Part shown: piece after piece, positions 1-9,576 of the stretch
How positions within the stretch are numbered: the stretch's first letter is position 1
How the letters are laid out: every line of letters starts with the position of its first letter
Assembly (NCBI GenBank): GCA_963759805.1
Contig: CAVXAT010000001.1
Span: 160,001 to 224,000, forward strand
Direction: 5' to 3'
Origin: an uncultured bacterium
GTDB taxonomy: Bacteria > Babelota > Babeliae > Babelales > RVW-14
DNA: 64,000 nt
Notes under the pieces: model-generated
The model's database searches: none
The model's input: only the letters and a program-made list of their open reading frames with translations
What the model was told of the DNA's origin: nothing
Translations under genes and position numbers: made by a program

Positions 1-438
1 AAACTTTTTCATTAACTCCGGAACTTGTTTGGGGGCCGGTGGAACAAACTCTGTCCCAGAAATAAAAACTTGTTGTTTGCGGTATTTACCGGCATTTTTC
101 ATATCGATGTGATAGTAAAACAACTTGTGCAGTTTTAAAATGTCTTTTTCTTTTATTGCGTGATTTTTGGCAAGTTTGTATAACAGATCATACGCTTGGC
201 TGTGCCCAATGGCTTCAAGGTGTTCTCGCATGGGTTTGCCGCCAATTGTAAGTCCATCTTCGAGAATGATTTTTGTTTCTGTTTCGGTCAGAGAGTTGCC
301 TTCCATTGCGTTGCTGGTATATGTTAACCCTATTCTAAAATATTCTCTTAACTCGTCCCTAACCTTTTTCTTTAATGGTCTGTAAGAGTTGATTTGCTTT
401 TGTAACTCATCAATTTCTTTTACTTTATTTGAATACAC
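1..438 (-). CDS. Fic-domain protein (3' end runs off the window)
   Basis: Manual translation from GTG at 438: MYSNKVKEIDELQKQINSYRPL...TYTSNAMEGNSLTETET...GKPMREHLEA...LHKLF...AGKYRKQQVFISG. This is the typical Fic N-terminal SNAxEGN and GxYR region; the catalytic HPF motif would lie outside the window. Confidence 0.85.
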   Translation of the reverse strand, partial: MYSNKVKEIDELQKQINSYRPLKKKVRDELREYFRIGLTYTSNAMEGNSLTETETKIILEDGLTIGGKPMREHLEAIGHSQAYDLLYKLAKNHAIKEKDILKLHKLFYYHIDMKNAGKYRKQQVFISGTEFVPPAPKQVPELMKKF

Positions 439-462
439 AAATAATCCCTTTCTCTTTATTTT

Positions 463-1236
463 TTAACATGTTTCCAGCTTTAATTTTTTAAACTCTGATA
501 CAAAATCATCTACTTCATTATTCAGATCGGACACAAAATTGTCTAATTCTGCTTTTAGCCAAGGAACAAAATCATAAAATTCTTCTCTGAGCTTGGATAC
601 AAACGTTCTAAATTCTTCTTTTGAAATCCAAAGATTGAACTTTGTAATATCAATGAAGTTTATTTCCAATATATCTAAATCTTCCACTTTTATACCGCCA
701 ACCTTGGCGTAGTACTTATTATCCAGAATTTTTTCTTCATTTTCAAACCATTTAATTGCTAAAACCATTGCTGTTAAAAATATTCGGTAAAATGAAAATT
801 GATTAAAGGCATTTGGGATTCCTGCTTTATCGATAAACCTATTAACATATATAAGTGCTATTACATAACACGAAGGGTCTTGGTTTGTGTATTGGATAAA
901 ACGATCTAGAAATTGCTTTGGCTTGATTGAGGCGATTGTTCTTGGCAGCGGAAGGAATACTCGGATAAACGCCGGAATACTGGAAACATCAATTTGATCT
1001 ATTTCCTGAAGTGGTTGTTGCTTGTCATCTTTTAAAATAACAATCATTGTTATAATTTTTTTTAAGATTAAATCAATTAATTTTGTCTCTTTTTTAGTAT
1101 AAAATATTGGATATTGAAATTCAGGATTTGTATCTTCATACTGCTGATTAGCATTCATAGGATGTAGGTAAGATATTCCTGCAAAAATAAGACCAAACCA
1201 TAAATAAATTCGTGATGTAACTGTTTTATAAAGCAT
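463..1236 (-). CDS. Secreted eukaryotic-like cyclin (PHO80/PCL/P-U type cyclin box)
   Basis: FLDRFIQYT...SCYVIALIYVNRF...FYRIFLTAMVLAIKW...DNKYYAKVGGIKVEDLDILEINF...FNLWIS matches the PHO80/cyclin-P consensus; hydrophobic N-terminal leader. Confidence 0.85.
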   Translation of the reverse strand: MLYKTVTSRIYLWFGLIFAGISYLHPMNANQQYEDTNPEFQYPIFYTKKETKLIDLILKKIITMIVILKDDKQQPLQEIDQIDVSSIPAFIRVFLPLPRTIASIKPKQFLDRFIQYTNQDPSCYVIALIYVNRFIDKAGIPNAFNQFSFYRIFLTAMVLAIKWFENEEKILDNKYYAKVGGIKVEDLDILEINFIDITKFNLWISKEEFRTFVSKLREEFYDFVPWLKAELDNFVSDLNNEVDDFVSEFKKLKLETC

Positions 1237-1257
1237 AAACCATACATTTCGTCATTT

Positions 1258-2565
1258 TTACTCAATTATCTTATTTTCCTGAACCAACTGATAATTTTTC
1301 CTACCAACGTAAAGTGCAGCAAAAATCCAAATTCCAACAATCCCAAGCGAAATGAGTGAGCCATAAAATAACAAATCCGTCATGATGGGAAAAATGGCAT
1401 TCACGCCTCCACCAATAGCCTTGACTGATCGATCACCAAAAGTGTCAATCCAGCCTTTGGCCTTAAATTTAACATCTCTTGATGTTTGAATGTACATAAT
1501 TTCCTTGCTTGGGCCGTTGAGCGCATAGCCCAAACATTTGATTGTAACCATTGCGGCAAAAAGCACCCACAATGTTGGAAAAATCCACACGGATACAACA
1601 ACAATCCCCACGATTATTGGATATACTGTCAGAGAGAATGTTAGGCCATAATTTCGAATAATAAAGCTGGTGCCGATCAACGCAATAAGCAGCGTTAAAA
1701 AATTTGCGGTTTGTCCGTAGAGGCCAAGAAATTCAATTACCTTTTCAGTTGAATGATAGGTATCATGCGCCATATAATTCAGCTCGTATTCTAAAATTAT
1801 TGAGATAATTGAGCCCAATGTTGCTATGCCAAATATTCCGACTAGGTACGGTTTGGTGAACAATAATCGCAACCCCTCGACAAATCCCGTTGATATTTTT
1901 GGTTCTTGTGCTTTAACAGTGATTGTCGTTGGATACATTTTAGTAAATAACATGATCATCAATGGAATAATAAGCGTGCCGCATGCTGCTATAAAAACAA
2001 GCGATGGAACACCAATTTGCCTTGCATGTCTTGCAAGTCCCGGGCCCATAATTGTTCCAATTTGTGCTCCGGCCAATATCAAAGCATATCCACGTTTGGC
2101 AGATGCATTATCTGTGCTGCTGGCAACAAATGACCAGAACAATGTTACGACGAGCGAGATGAAACTCTCGACACCCAGATAAATTGCCCATCCAAAGATT
2201 CGATATTTGTCTGGTGTTAAATTGGCAATTCCAATTGTTGGGCTTGTTAACAGATATGCCGAACAGAGAAAGAAGATCCCATAACAGATTGTAATGATGT
2301 AAATCAGTTTGTGCTTTTCAAAAATGTCGACCAGCTTTGAATACAGTAAAATAAGTGGAACTAAAAAAATAATCGATGCAATTTTTGCGTAGGGCAAATA
2401 TGTTTTACCAACAATATGCATAAAAAGAGCATCTTTGATGGGGCGTAAAAGCCAGTAGGTACCAACAATAAAAAGTAGTGTGGCAGATAGCAGCCCGAAT
2501 TTTTTGAGTTCATCCCGCGTCAGATCGCCCCACAACGCACGACAAACAGATGTTAATATGCTCAC
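1258..2565 (-). CDS. NTT/TLC-family nucleotide (ADP/ATP) translocase
   Basis: Multi-TM MFS-like protein with YWLLRPIKDAL, FWSF...AKRGY and YALNGPSKEIMYI...KFKAKGWIDTFGDR motifs. Confidence 0.9.
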   Translation of the reverse strand: MSILTSVCRALWGDLTRDELKKFGLLSATLLFIVGTYWLLRPIKDALFMHIVGKTYLPYAKIASIIFLVPLILLYSKLVDIFEKHKLIYIITICYGIFFLCSAYLLTSPTIGIANLTPDKYRIFGWAIYLGVESFISLVVTLFWSFVASSTDNASAKRGYALILAGAQIGTIMGPGLARHARQIGVPSLVFIAACGTLIIPLMIMLFTKMYPTTITVKAQEPKISTGFVEGLRLLFTKPYLVGIFGIATLGSIISIILEYELNYMAHDTYHSTEKVIEFLGLYGQTANFLTLLIALIGTSFIIRNYGLTFSLTVYPIIVGIVVVSVWIFPTLWVLFAAMVTIKCLGYALNGPSKEIMYIQTSRDVKFKAKGWIDTFGDRSVKAIGGGVNAIFPIMTDLLFYGSLISLGIVGIWIFAALYVGRKNYQLVQENKIIE

Positions 2566-2579
2566 TATGTTCCCCTTCT

Positions 2580-2607
2580 GTCATCCTGAATTTATTTCAG
2601 GATCCAT
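2580..2607. repeat. Solo REP-like palindrome, family A (GTCATCCTGAA-N5-TTCAGGATCC)
   Basis: Same unit as at 14281, 27851, 48851, 53352 and 58705. Confidence 0.85.
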
Positions 2608-2622
2608 AGATTAATAAACATT

Positions 2623-3369
2623 CTACACTTTAACAACCATTCCATCATAAGCAATTTTTATTTTAACACCAAACTGTTTCTCTAATTTTTTTATCTTGCT
2701 TCTTACTTGTAATGGTTTTGTGACAGTTTCTGATCCGCAGTGAGTAAAAATAGCCAGAGGAACTTTCTCCTTTTTGCACCAACTTAATTGTTTAACAATC
2801 GTGGTATGTCCAATTAATCGTGTGCCTCGTTTATGAACAAGTGGATGAAAAATTCGTGCGCCATCACCAATGTACAGGTCGACGTTTTTGAGCGCCGCAT
2901 GCTGTTGTTTGATAAAAACTAAATCAGGAACATAAAAAATTGATTTTTCCCCAGCGGTAATTCGGTATCCAACAGCAGGGGTATTGATAGAATGCTCAAC
3001 TGGAAATGCCTCGATAGTTATGGACCCAATGATAAACTGCTTACGGGTTTTTATGATGTTCTTCTGCTGTATTGGATAATTCTGCATTATCTTAAAATTT
3101 TCTTTAAGGGCATATACAGGGCAGTCCGTTTTTTGCTTAAGCCCATCGACGTGATCTGGGTGGGCATGAGTGATCAAAATCGCGCATGGTGCTGGCTGAA
3201 TAGATGAAAGTTTGCCATACCAATCAGTTCCGCAATCAATCATGATATGTGTTGATCGGTGCGATATTATGCAAGAGGCATTAAACCAGTGTTTTTTCGT
3301 GCGATGTTTAATGTTGGCTCGTGTGCCGATTAAGGTAAGTTTCATTTCTATTCCAGTAGGCTCGTTCAT
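2623..3369 (-). CDS. MBL-fold metallo-hydrolase (PhnP-like)
   Basis: IMIDCG, THAHPDHVDG, FPVEHS and GH motifs. Confidence 0.9.
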   Translation of the reverse strand: MNEPTGIEMKLTLIGTRANIKHRTKKHWFNASCIISHRSTHIMIDCGTDWYGKLSSIQPAPCAILITHAHPDHVDGLKQKTDCPVYALKENFKIMQNYPIQQKNIIKTRKQFIIGSITIEAFPVEHSINTPAVGYRITAGEKSIFYVPDLVFIKQQHAALKNVDLYIGDGARIFHPLVHKRGTRLIGHTTIVKQLSWCKKEKVPLAIFTHCGSETVTKPLQVRSKIKKLEKQFGVKIKIAYDGMVVKV

Positions 3370-3380
3370 TGATGAGCCAA

Positions 3381-3806
3381 TTATGATTCAATGATTTTTT
3401 TAGTCTCAAAAATTTCCGTCTGTCCGGTTTCTGGTTCTGAGATTTTTTTGAGTACAAATCGCATAATACTTTGTGTACGCTTTATCGCAAGTTCTGCTTC
3501 AGCTTGGTCTGGAATATCATATTCTGTTGGATATCTAAACTTGGTTGCATATGGGTTTAAGAAATTTGCGGCTGAAATAAGTTTTATAAATTTCTTATCA
3601 AAATTCAAACATATTTCCAATAATTTTTCTAAATCATGTGTTTTCAAAATGGGTTGGTTCTTTAAAACGATATAAGCCTTTAAAGCCTTTTCTGCAGACT
3701 GTTGACAGTGATATGTAACAGTGGCAAAAAACTCTAGCTTTAATAGAGCTTTTGCAACTGCCAAATCTTCCTTTGCTAGTCTTAACCATTCTTCATGCCT
3801 GTGCAT
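3381..3806 (-). CDS. HEPN-domain protein (MNT-HEPN pair)
   Basis: WLRLAKEDL...YHCQQSAEKALKA...KTHDLEKL...RYP; overlaps the upstream MNT gene. Confidence 0.9.
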   Translation of the reverse strand: MHRHEEWLRLAKEDLAVAKALLKLEFFATVTYHCQQSAEKALKAYIVLKNQPILKTHDLEKLLEICLNFDKKFIKLISAANFLNPYATKFRYPTEYDIPDQAEAELAIKRTQSIMRFVLKKISEPETGQTEIFETKKIIES

Positions 3807-4116
3807 AAAGTACCTTTCCCTCTTTTTTTATTTTATATTCAAGCGTGGTTATTTCGTTAGATTTACGCTCAAATACCTCCTTGGCTTGCACAATTATATC
3901 TTTAGAAATTCCCATCCCAAACAATGCTCTATGTCCAATGCGGATGCAATCAAGTGATCTTTTTTCATTGATCTTATCAACCACAATCAACAAGTCCAAA
4001 TCACTGTCTTCGGTTGGTGTGCCCCAGGCATATGAACCAAAAAGATAAATTGCAATTGGATTGTATGTTTTGACTAATCGATTTTTAACTTCTTCTATAA
4101 TTTCTTTTTTTATCAT
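3793..4116 (-). CDS. Minimal nucleotidyltransferase (MNT)
   Basis: IYLFGSYAWG...DSDLDLLIV motif. Confidence 0.9.
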   Translation of the reverse strand: MIKKEIIEEVKNRLVKTYNPIAIYLFGSYAWGTPTEDSDLDLLIVVDKINEKRSLDCIRIGHRALFGMGISKDIIVQAKEVFERKSNEITTLEYKIKKEGKVLYAQA

Positions 4117-4132
4117 AATTGTCCTTTAATAT

Positions 4133-4408
4133 TTATTCAAAGAGTTCTGCGTGTGAACCCACACGTTCAAATTTTATGATTCGCTCTTCAGTCAAAATTC
4201 TGTAAATCATTACCCAGTCACTTGTTATATGATAATCTCGATATCCATTCCATTGGCCCTTGAGTGGATGATCTTGGAAAATAGGATCCAACTGCTTTCC
4301 GCTGAGCAGGGTAAGTATAACCTTACCCAACAGCTCTAGATCTTTTTTTTGACGACGCGCTTTTGCGATGTCTTTTTTGAAGCTTTTTGAGATTTTTGAT
4401 TTAAACAT
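4133..4408 (-). CDS. yafQ: YafQ-family mRNA interferase toxin
   Basis: FKKDI...DHPLKGQWNGYRDYHITSDWVMIY...RVGSHAELF. Confidence 0.9.
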   Translation of the reverse strand: MFKSKISKSFKKDIAKARRQKKDLELLGKVILTLLSGKQLDPIFQDHPLKGQWNGYRDYHITSDWVMIYRILTEERIIKFERVGSHAELFE

Positions 4409-4683
4409 GTCGTTGGCAACCCTAAATATTTAAACATTTCCAATGGAGACCCAAAAGTGGCCGTATCCTTTTCGCGCTCACTTTCAATGAGGCTTGCAGC
4501 AGTTTTTTTATTTGGAACATGCTTGACTTTGCATGGCAGATGTTTCCTGATACAGCTCAACACAAGATCATTGATACTGATGCGCTGGCTGGCAGCCAGA
4601 ACTTTGAGCCACAATCGCTCCTCTGTGGGGATATCAATGCTAAGCCGGGATCTCTTTTCTAACGTTTTCATAACATACCTCAA
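4336..4683 (-). CDS. Antitoxin of the YafQ module (RHH/DinJ-like)
   Basis: RLSIDIP...LKVLAA...SINDLV (RHH-like) plus the DinJ-like PNKKT...F...EMF tail; directly upstream of and overlapping yafQ. Confidence 0.75.
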   Translation of the reverse strand: MRYVMKTLEKRSRLSIDIPTEERLWLKVLAASQRISINDLVLSCIRKHLPCKVKHVPNKKTAASLIESEREKDTATFGSPLEMFKYLGLPTTCLNQKSQKASKKTSQKRVVKKKI

Positions 4684-4730
4684 TTAGTAATTGATTTGGC
4701 TTTTAATACGATGTTTTGTCCTTGTTTTTC

Positions 4731-4771
4731 ATGGTGACACAAAGACACAACTGTGTCAATTTATGGTGACA
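4731..4771 (-). promoter_or_regulatory. Putative TA operator/promoter
   Basis: Palindrome GACACA-AC-TGTGTC (4744-4757) overlapping a minus-strand TTGACA (4754-4759); direct repeats ATGGTGACA at 4731 and 4763. Confidence 0.5.
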
Positions 4772-4792
4772 ATGTTTTTCCTTCCAATCATA

Positions 4793-5896
4793 TTATCTAT
4801 TTAGTTTGGGGGCTAGCTGTGGCCTTACCAATCTGTTCCCCGGCTTATAAACAATTTGTGCTTTGCTAGATTTTTCCAAAAAGCTTCTAAGTAATGGAAA
4901 GAATTTTTCCGGCTCATCTGCAAAAATTTTATGCCCAGATTTTTCAAAAAGCTCAAACTGAGCATGGGGATGATTTTTGCGCATGAGTTCATGCATATCA
5001 GGGTTTCGCCACAATAAGTCCCACTTAGTGTCTATGATTAACGTTGGGACTTCAAAATCGTCAAATTTATCCTTCAAATTTGTTTTGTTGATTTCTGAAC
5101 GCATCAATGTTTCAAAACCTGGTGCCGGATTCCATTCATAAAGAGCTGTTCTAATAAATTCTTCTTCGGTTGGCTTGTAATACCTATTGCGTTTCCAATC
5201 GCCAGAAAGTTGTTTGTTGTAAATAACTTGAGCGTCTGAAGTTAGGGGACCCTTGCTATCGCCAATATTTTCTATTGCATTCCACTCTGCTTGTGAAATA
5301 AACATATGCTCTTGTTCACGATTCATTGGCGCGTAAAGCCCAGAATTTGATGAAATTAAAATTAATCCTATGAAGCGATTCGGATATGTCAATGCATAGC
5401 ATTGAGCCAAAAACCCTCCGTTCGACCAACCAAGAACTGCCCAACGATCAATCTTTAACGCTTTTCTTAAACTTTCTAAATCTTCGACTGCTTGTTTGAT
5501 TGTGTAAGTTTTACCTGTGTCATCTTTGCTTGATTTACCAGTGCCGCGTTGATCATAATAAATTACTCTGGCAATATCTTTGATTTGTGAAAAATATGGA
5601 TGAAAATTGTGATGGGTTCCCCCTGGCCCGCTATTAATGAGAACTAGTGGAATGCCTTGACCTTCTTCTTCGTAATAAAGTTTGCCATTTAAAATATCGG
5701 CAAACCCCTTTTTAAGACCAGGGATTTCATCGCACAGTGGCGGTAATTGAGGAATATCGAGAACCAATTCTTTTGGGATGCTGACAATTTTATCGAAAAT
5801 TGTTTCACGTGCGGGTGTTTTGGCAAACCAATCGCAACCCGTTAATGTTAGTGCTACTAAAACTGTGCCACAAAATAATAATTTATTTTTTTTCAT
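4793..5896 (-). CDS. Lipoprotein alpha/beta hydrolase (proline iminopeptidase-like)
   Basis: Lipobox LTGC; SGPGG, YDQRGTGKS, GWSNGG nucleophile elbow, SGH. Confidence 0.85.
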   Translation of the reverse strand: MKKNKLLFCGTVLVALTLTGCDWFAKTPARETIFDKIVSIPKELVLDIPQLPPLCDEIPGLKKGFADILNGKLYYEEEGQGIPLVLINSGPGGTHHNFHPYFSQIKDIARVIYYDQRGTGKSSKDDTGKTYTIKQAVEDLESLRKALKIDRWAVLGWSNGGFLAQCYALTYPNRFIGLILISSNSGLYAPMNREQEHMFISQAEWNAIENIGDSKGPLTSDAQVIYNKQLSGDWKRNRYYKPTEEEFIRTALYEWNPAPGFETLMRSEINKTNLKDKFDDFEVPTLIIDTKWDLLWRNPDMHELMRKNHPHAQFELFEKSGHKIFADEPEKFFPLLRSFLEKSSKAQIVYKPGNRLVRPQLAPKLNR

Positions 5897-5921
5897 AATA
5901 TTCCCAGGGTTAAAACTTATC

Positions 5922-7067
5922 TTAATTTCTTTGGTTTTTATTCTTCGCTTTTGTCCGTTTGGGCTTAATCGTTGTCCGTTTTATTTCAGCCAATACCTCA
6001 TGCTTTTCAAGTTCAGCCTCAATTTGCTGAATTGTAGGCAGGCAGCTTTTGAGTTCTTTGGGCAACGATTTGACTAATTTTGTTTCATAGCTGGCAACAC
6101 CGATTGGATTTAGGTTTTTTCTTAGAGTGTATTCAACAGTAAGTTTTCTTTTGCTTTTGCACAAAAGAAGTCCAATGGTGGGTTTGTCATCTGGACTCTT
6201 CAGGTTATCGTCTACCGCTGAAAGATAAAAACTGATTTGCCCAGCATCCCGCGGATCAAACTCCCTAGATTTAATTTCAATAACCACATAGCAGTGCAAT
6301 TTAGCGTGATAAAAGAGAAGATCGATGTAGTAATCTTTTTCATCAACTTCAAGATGGTATTGTCTACCAATAAAAGCAAATCCGTCGCCAAGTTCAAGCA
6401 AAAATTTTTGAATATGATCAATCAGCCCCTGTTCTAAATCACTTTCTCTGTATTTTTTATCTAATGCAAGAAAAGAAAAATTATATGGATCTTTAAGTAC
6501 TTGTTCTGCTAAATCAGATTGAGGGGATGGGAGTGTTTGTTTAAAGTTTGTGACAGCCTTACCCTGTCGTTTGTATATATTAGATTCAATCCAGTGCTCC
6601 AACATGCTCCGGCTCCACCCATTTTCAATAGTTTGCCCTACATACCAAAGCCGTTGATTTGGATCTTTCACCCTATCTAAAATGATCATATTATGTCCCC
6701 ATGGAATTTGTGCAGCGGCTGCTGCACAATTGATATCTTGGTAACAGTCTGCAAGCTTGCGCATGTATTTTAGATTGCGCACTGAGAAGCCTGAAACATC
6801 TGGGAAAGATTCTTGTAAGTCTTTTGCAAGGTGTTCTATAATTTTTGTGCCCCATTTCTCATTGGTGATTCTATCTGATAGCATCTTGCCCATACGCCAA
6901 TAAAGCATGGTAAGTTCTTTCGTGATAGCAAGGGCTGCACGTAATTGCGTTTGTTGGATATCTTTTTTAAGCTGTTCAAGAAGGTTCGCATATTCTTTGG
7001 TTGAAATCGGTGCGCCAGCAAGCCCCGCCGAATTTTTTTTTGATGGGTTTCTCTTATTTTTGGCCAT
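5922..7067 (-). CDS. YhcG/DUF1016 PD-(D/E)XK nuclease-like protein
   Basis: GFSVRNLKYMR, IPWGHN, LKDPYNFSFL, LELGDGFAFIGRQ, IDLLFYH...VVIEIK. Confidence 0.92.
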   Translation of the reverse strand: MAKNKRNPSKKNSAGLAGAPISTKEYANLLEQLKKDIQQTQLRAALAITKELTMLYWRMGKMLSDRITNEKWGTKIIEHLAKDLQESFPDVSGFSVRNLKYMRKLADCYQDINCAAAAAQIPWGHNMIILDRVKDPNQRLWYVGQTIENGWSRSMLEHWIESNIYKRQGKAVTNFKQTLPSPQSDLAEQVLKDPYNFSFLALDKKYRESDLEQGLIDHIQKFLLELGDGFAFIGRQYHLEVDEKDYYIDLLFYHAKLHCYVVIEIKSREFDPRDAGQISFYLSAVDDNLKSPDDKPTIGLLLCKSKRKLTVEYTLRKNLNPIGVASYETKLVKSLPKELKSCLPTIQQIEAELEKHEVLAEIKRTTIKPKRTKAKNKNQRN

Positions 7068-7170
7068 TGTTTCCCTTAAATTGGCAAACTTTCTAATTGT
7101 GTTACAGCTTGTGATACTTTTTCACAAGCATAATAATTTGTCCAACAGCCTGTTGGACTTTTCCGCAATT

Positions 7171-7584
7171 TCACATACAAGAAATTACTGGTTGCAGTTC
7201 CGGATCAATTGCGCGAAGCAGTTTTTCAAATTTTTCAAAACTTGGTTGATGTTCTCCATTTTCATACTGTGCATATTCATTGATTGATCTTGCGTTTAAA
7301 TGTTCTGCCACTTCTTCTAATGTTAATTTTCTTTTTCGACGTTGTCGTTTAAGAATAAGGGCAATAAGTTTTTTCTGATCGGTGGATTCAAGATATGCAA
7401 ATCTTTTATGCAGTGATACCTCAACAGAAAAATGTTTATCATCAATTAACGCCTCAACAGCGTCTTTGACCATTTCTGGGATTTTCTCTTTTTTTCGAGT
7501 CTGGGTTACCAAGTCCAATAAAGAGAATTCTACAAGCCATAAACCACTGGCTCTACTTTTCCAGATTTTTCCAGCGAGCTTCAT
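7171..7584 (-). CDS. HicB-like N-terminus plus XRE HTH (orphan antitoxin-like regulator)
   Basis: WLVEFSLLDLVTQ...MVKDAVE (HicB-like) and LTLEEVAEHL...YAQYENG..QPS (XRE HTH). Start placed at the ATG after AGGAGG. Confidence 0.65.
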   Translation of the reverse strand: MKLAGKIWKSRASGLWLVEFSLLDLVTQTRKKEKIPEMVKDAVEALIDDKHFSVEVSLHKRFAYLESTDQKKLIALILKRQRRKRKLTLEEVAEHLNARSINEYAQYENGEHQPSFEKFEKLLRAIDPELQPVISCM

Positions 7585-7753
7585 TTTGAGCCTCCTAATA
7601 TAACCCACAACGACAGAATATTCTATTTACCTGTTTTTTTATTTTACATAAATTTATGTAATTATACAAACGCTAAAACTTTTATTTTGTTTTTTGCTAC
7701 GCTCAACTTGAAACTGTCGATCAAAATGCCCACCCGGCAATCGTTTGTTAATG

Positions 7754-9163
7754 TTATTCGATAATCTTATTTTCTTTCTGCAGCTGATTGAATTTGTTTC
7801 CAACGTATGCAGCAACAAAAATCCAAAATGCAACTAAACCAAGTGATGCAAATGTTCCAAAAATAATTAAATTTGAAAGGTTTGCTCCAAGTGAACCCGT
7901 AACAACAGCACCGGTGCTTTTTGCCGTCCTGCCGCCAAAACCATCAATCCAGCTTTTTGCTTTAAATTTTACATCTTTGCTTGTTGGGATGTACATAACT
8001 TCTTTGGCCGGATTATTTAACGTATAACTAAGCGCCTTGAAAAGGACAACTGCTATAAGAAATGCCCACATCAAGAAGTAAAGACTTGCTCCTGTAATGT
8101 AAAACCCAAAACAAGATATTACCGTAATTCCAATCATTACTGGATATGAAATTATGCAAAATTTCAAACCAAACTTGCGCATCAAAATACTAGTTCCGAA
8201 TAAAGCAAACATTAGTGATAAAATACCAGTCGACAAACCCTGTATCCCCTTAAACCATGCAAATGCAGCCCCTCCATCAATATTTACTGGATAAACTGTA
8301 GTGGCACAAATTCCCATTTGAAACTCAACAATTGTTCCAATAATTTCGTATGCAGTTGTAACGACTAACAAACCTGCAACATAGGGATGTGTTAATATAA
8401 GTCTTGCACCTTCAAAAAATCCCGTCTGTTTCTTCTTTGTTTGTTGTGCGTATCGTGCATGGTTGCTGCCTCTTGCGCAAAGACGGATAGATAAAGCTTG
8501 ATGAAAAATGGTGCAATCAAAACAAGAATTCCACCAATGAAATAAATAGCCGAAAATCCAACTGCTTTCACAACAAACATTTCAATAATTATACCAACGA
8601 GTGTTGCCAACTGAATAAAGACGAACAGGAAGCCATAACCTTTTTTAGCCAAATCTGTAGTCATAACACTTGCGATAAATGCGTAGAACAGGCCGATGAG
8701 AAGTGAACCATAACTTTCGAGCAGCAAGTAGGCAACCCATCCAATTCCTTGACCAGGAATCCAAGAAACAAGTGGGTACATGGCTGATGTTTGGCTTACG
8801 GTCACGAGGCTTGGGTTGGCAATAAGAAGACTAAGCACAATAAATGCCAGACCATAAAAAGCACACATGACATAAATCAAGGAGCTTCTTCTTAAAAGAT
8901 CTACCAGCTTGCTGTATCCAAGAACTGCGATAAGCATAAAAATTGGTGAGACCATTTTAACAATCGGGCCATATGCTTTATATCCAACAAATAAGATTAA
9001 ATAAGGCATCTTTGGTAACGCGTAACATCCAGTAATTTCCAATGATTAACATCATTGCTGCGGCTAAAATGCCAAATTTTTTGTACTCATCTTTGGTGAG
9101 ATCGCCCCATAAAAAACGAATAATTATACATGTGAAAAACAAAACATGAGAAAACCTTTCCAT
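7754..9163 (-). pseudogene. Second NTT/TLC translocase split into three ORFs by frameshifts (pseudogene or sequencing errors)
   Basis: ORFs 8978-9163, 8392-9042 and 7754-8371 are consecutive pieces homologous to 1258-2565 (LWGDLT..E.KKFG, AKKGY, KEVMYIPTSKDVKFKAKSWIDGFGGR, ENKIIE); frame changes near 8990 and 8435. Confidence 0.85.
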
Positions 9164-9498
9164 TAAATAAAAAAAACATTTTTGCCCATGAATTTTTTTC
9201 CACGGGCACTTACAATTCTACAATTCTTGTGGGTTAGCCCGCAAAAGATTGTAATGAAAGTATTTTCAGCGATAATTTCTTTACGGGTTTACCCATCGCT
9301 TCGCAAGGCTACGACGGGACAAGTTTGTAAAGAATCTTTTGACACCATTTTAATGAAGAAATGTCAGAAAAGACACTCTACATCTCATTATAGCCTCATG
9401 AAGCCTATAAATCAATTTTATATTGAAAATTAAGGGTTTTTTGGGCGTAAAACAGACAAAATTTTAGAGTAAATAAAGCCGGAATTAGTTTAAAATTA

Positions 9499-9565
9499 TT
9501 GCATTTTTTAAGGCTTATATGCTACATTTGAGCTAAAGGTAACGCTGTATGTATCCTTTAACTCA
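9499..9565 (+). promoter_or_regulatory. Promoter plus inverted-repeat operator of the AbiE operon
   Basis: TTGCAT-N18-TACATT followed by TGAGCTAAAGG (9529-9539) and CCTTTAACTCA (9555-9565), an 11-bp inverted repeat with one mismatch. Confidence 0.55.
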
Positions 9566-9576
9566 TAGGTGAAGAA

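Noticed and set aside
9182..9433. 83-aa intergenic ORF
   Set aside because: TTG start with no RBS or motif; spans a family-C palindrome in a divergent promoter region.
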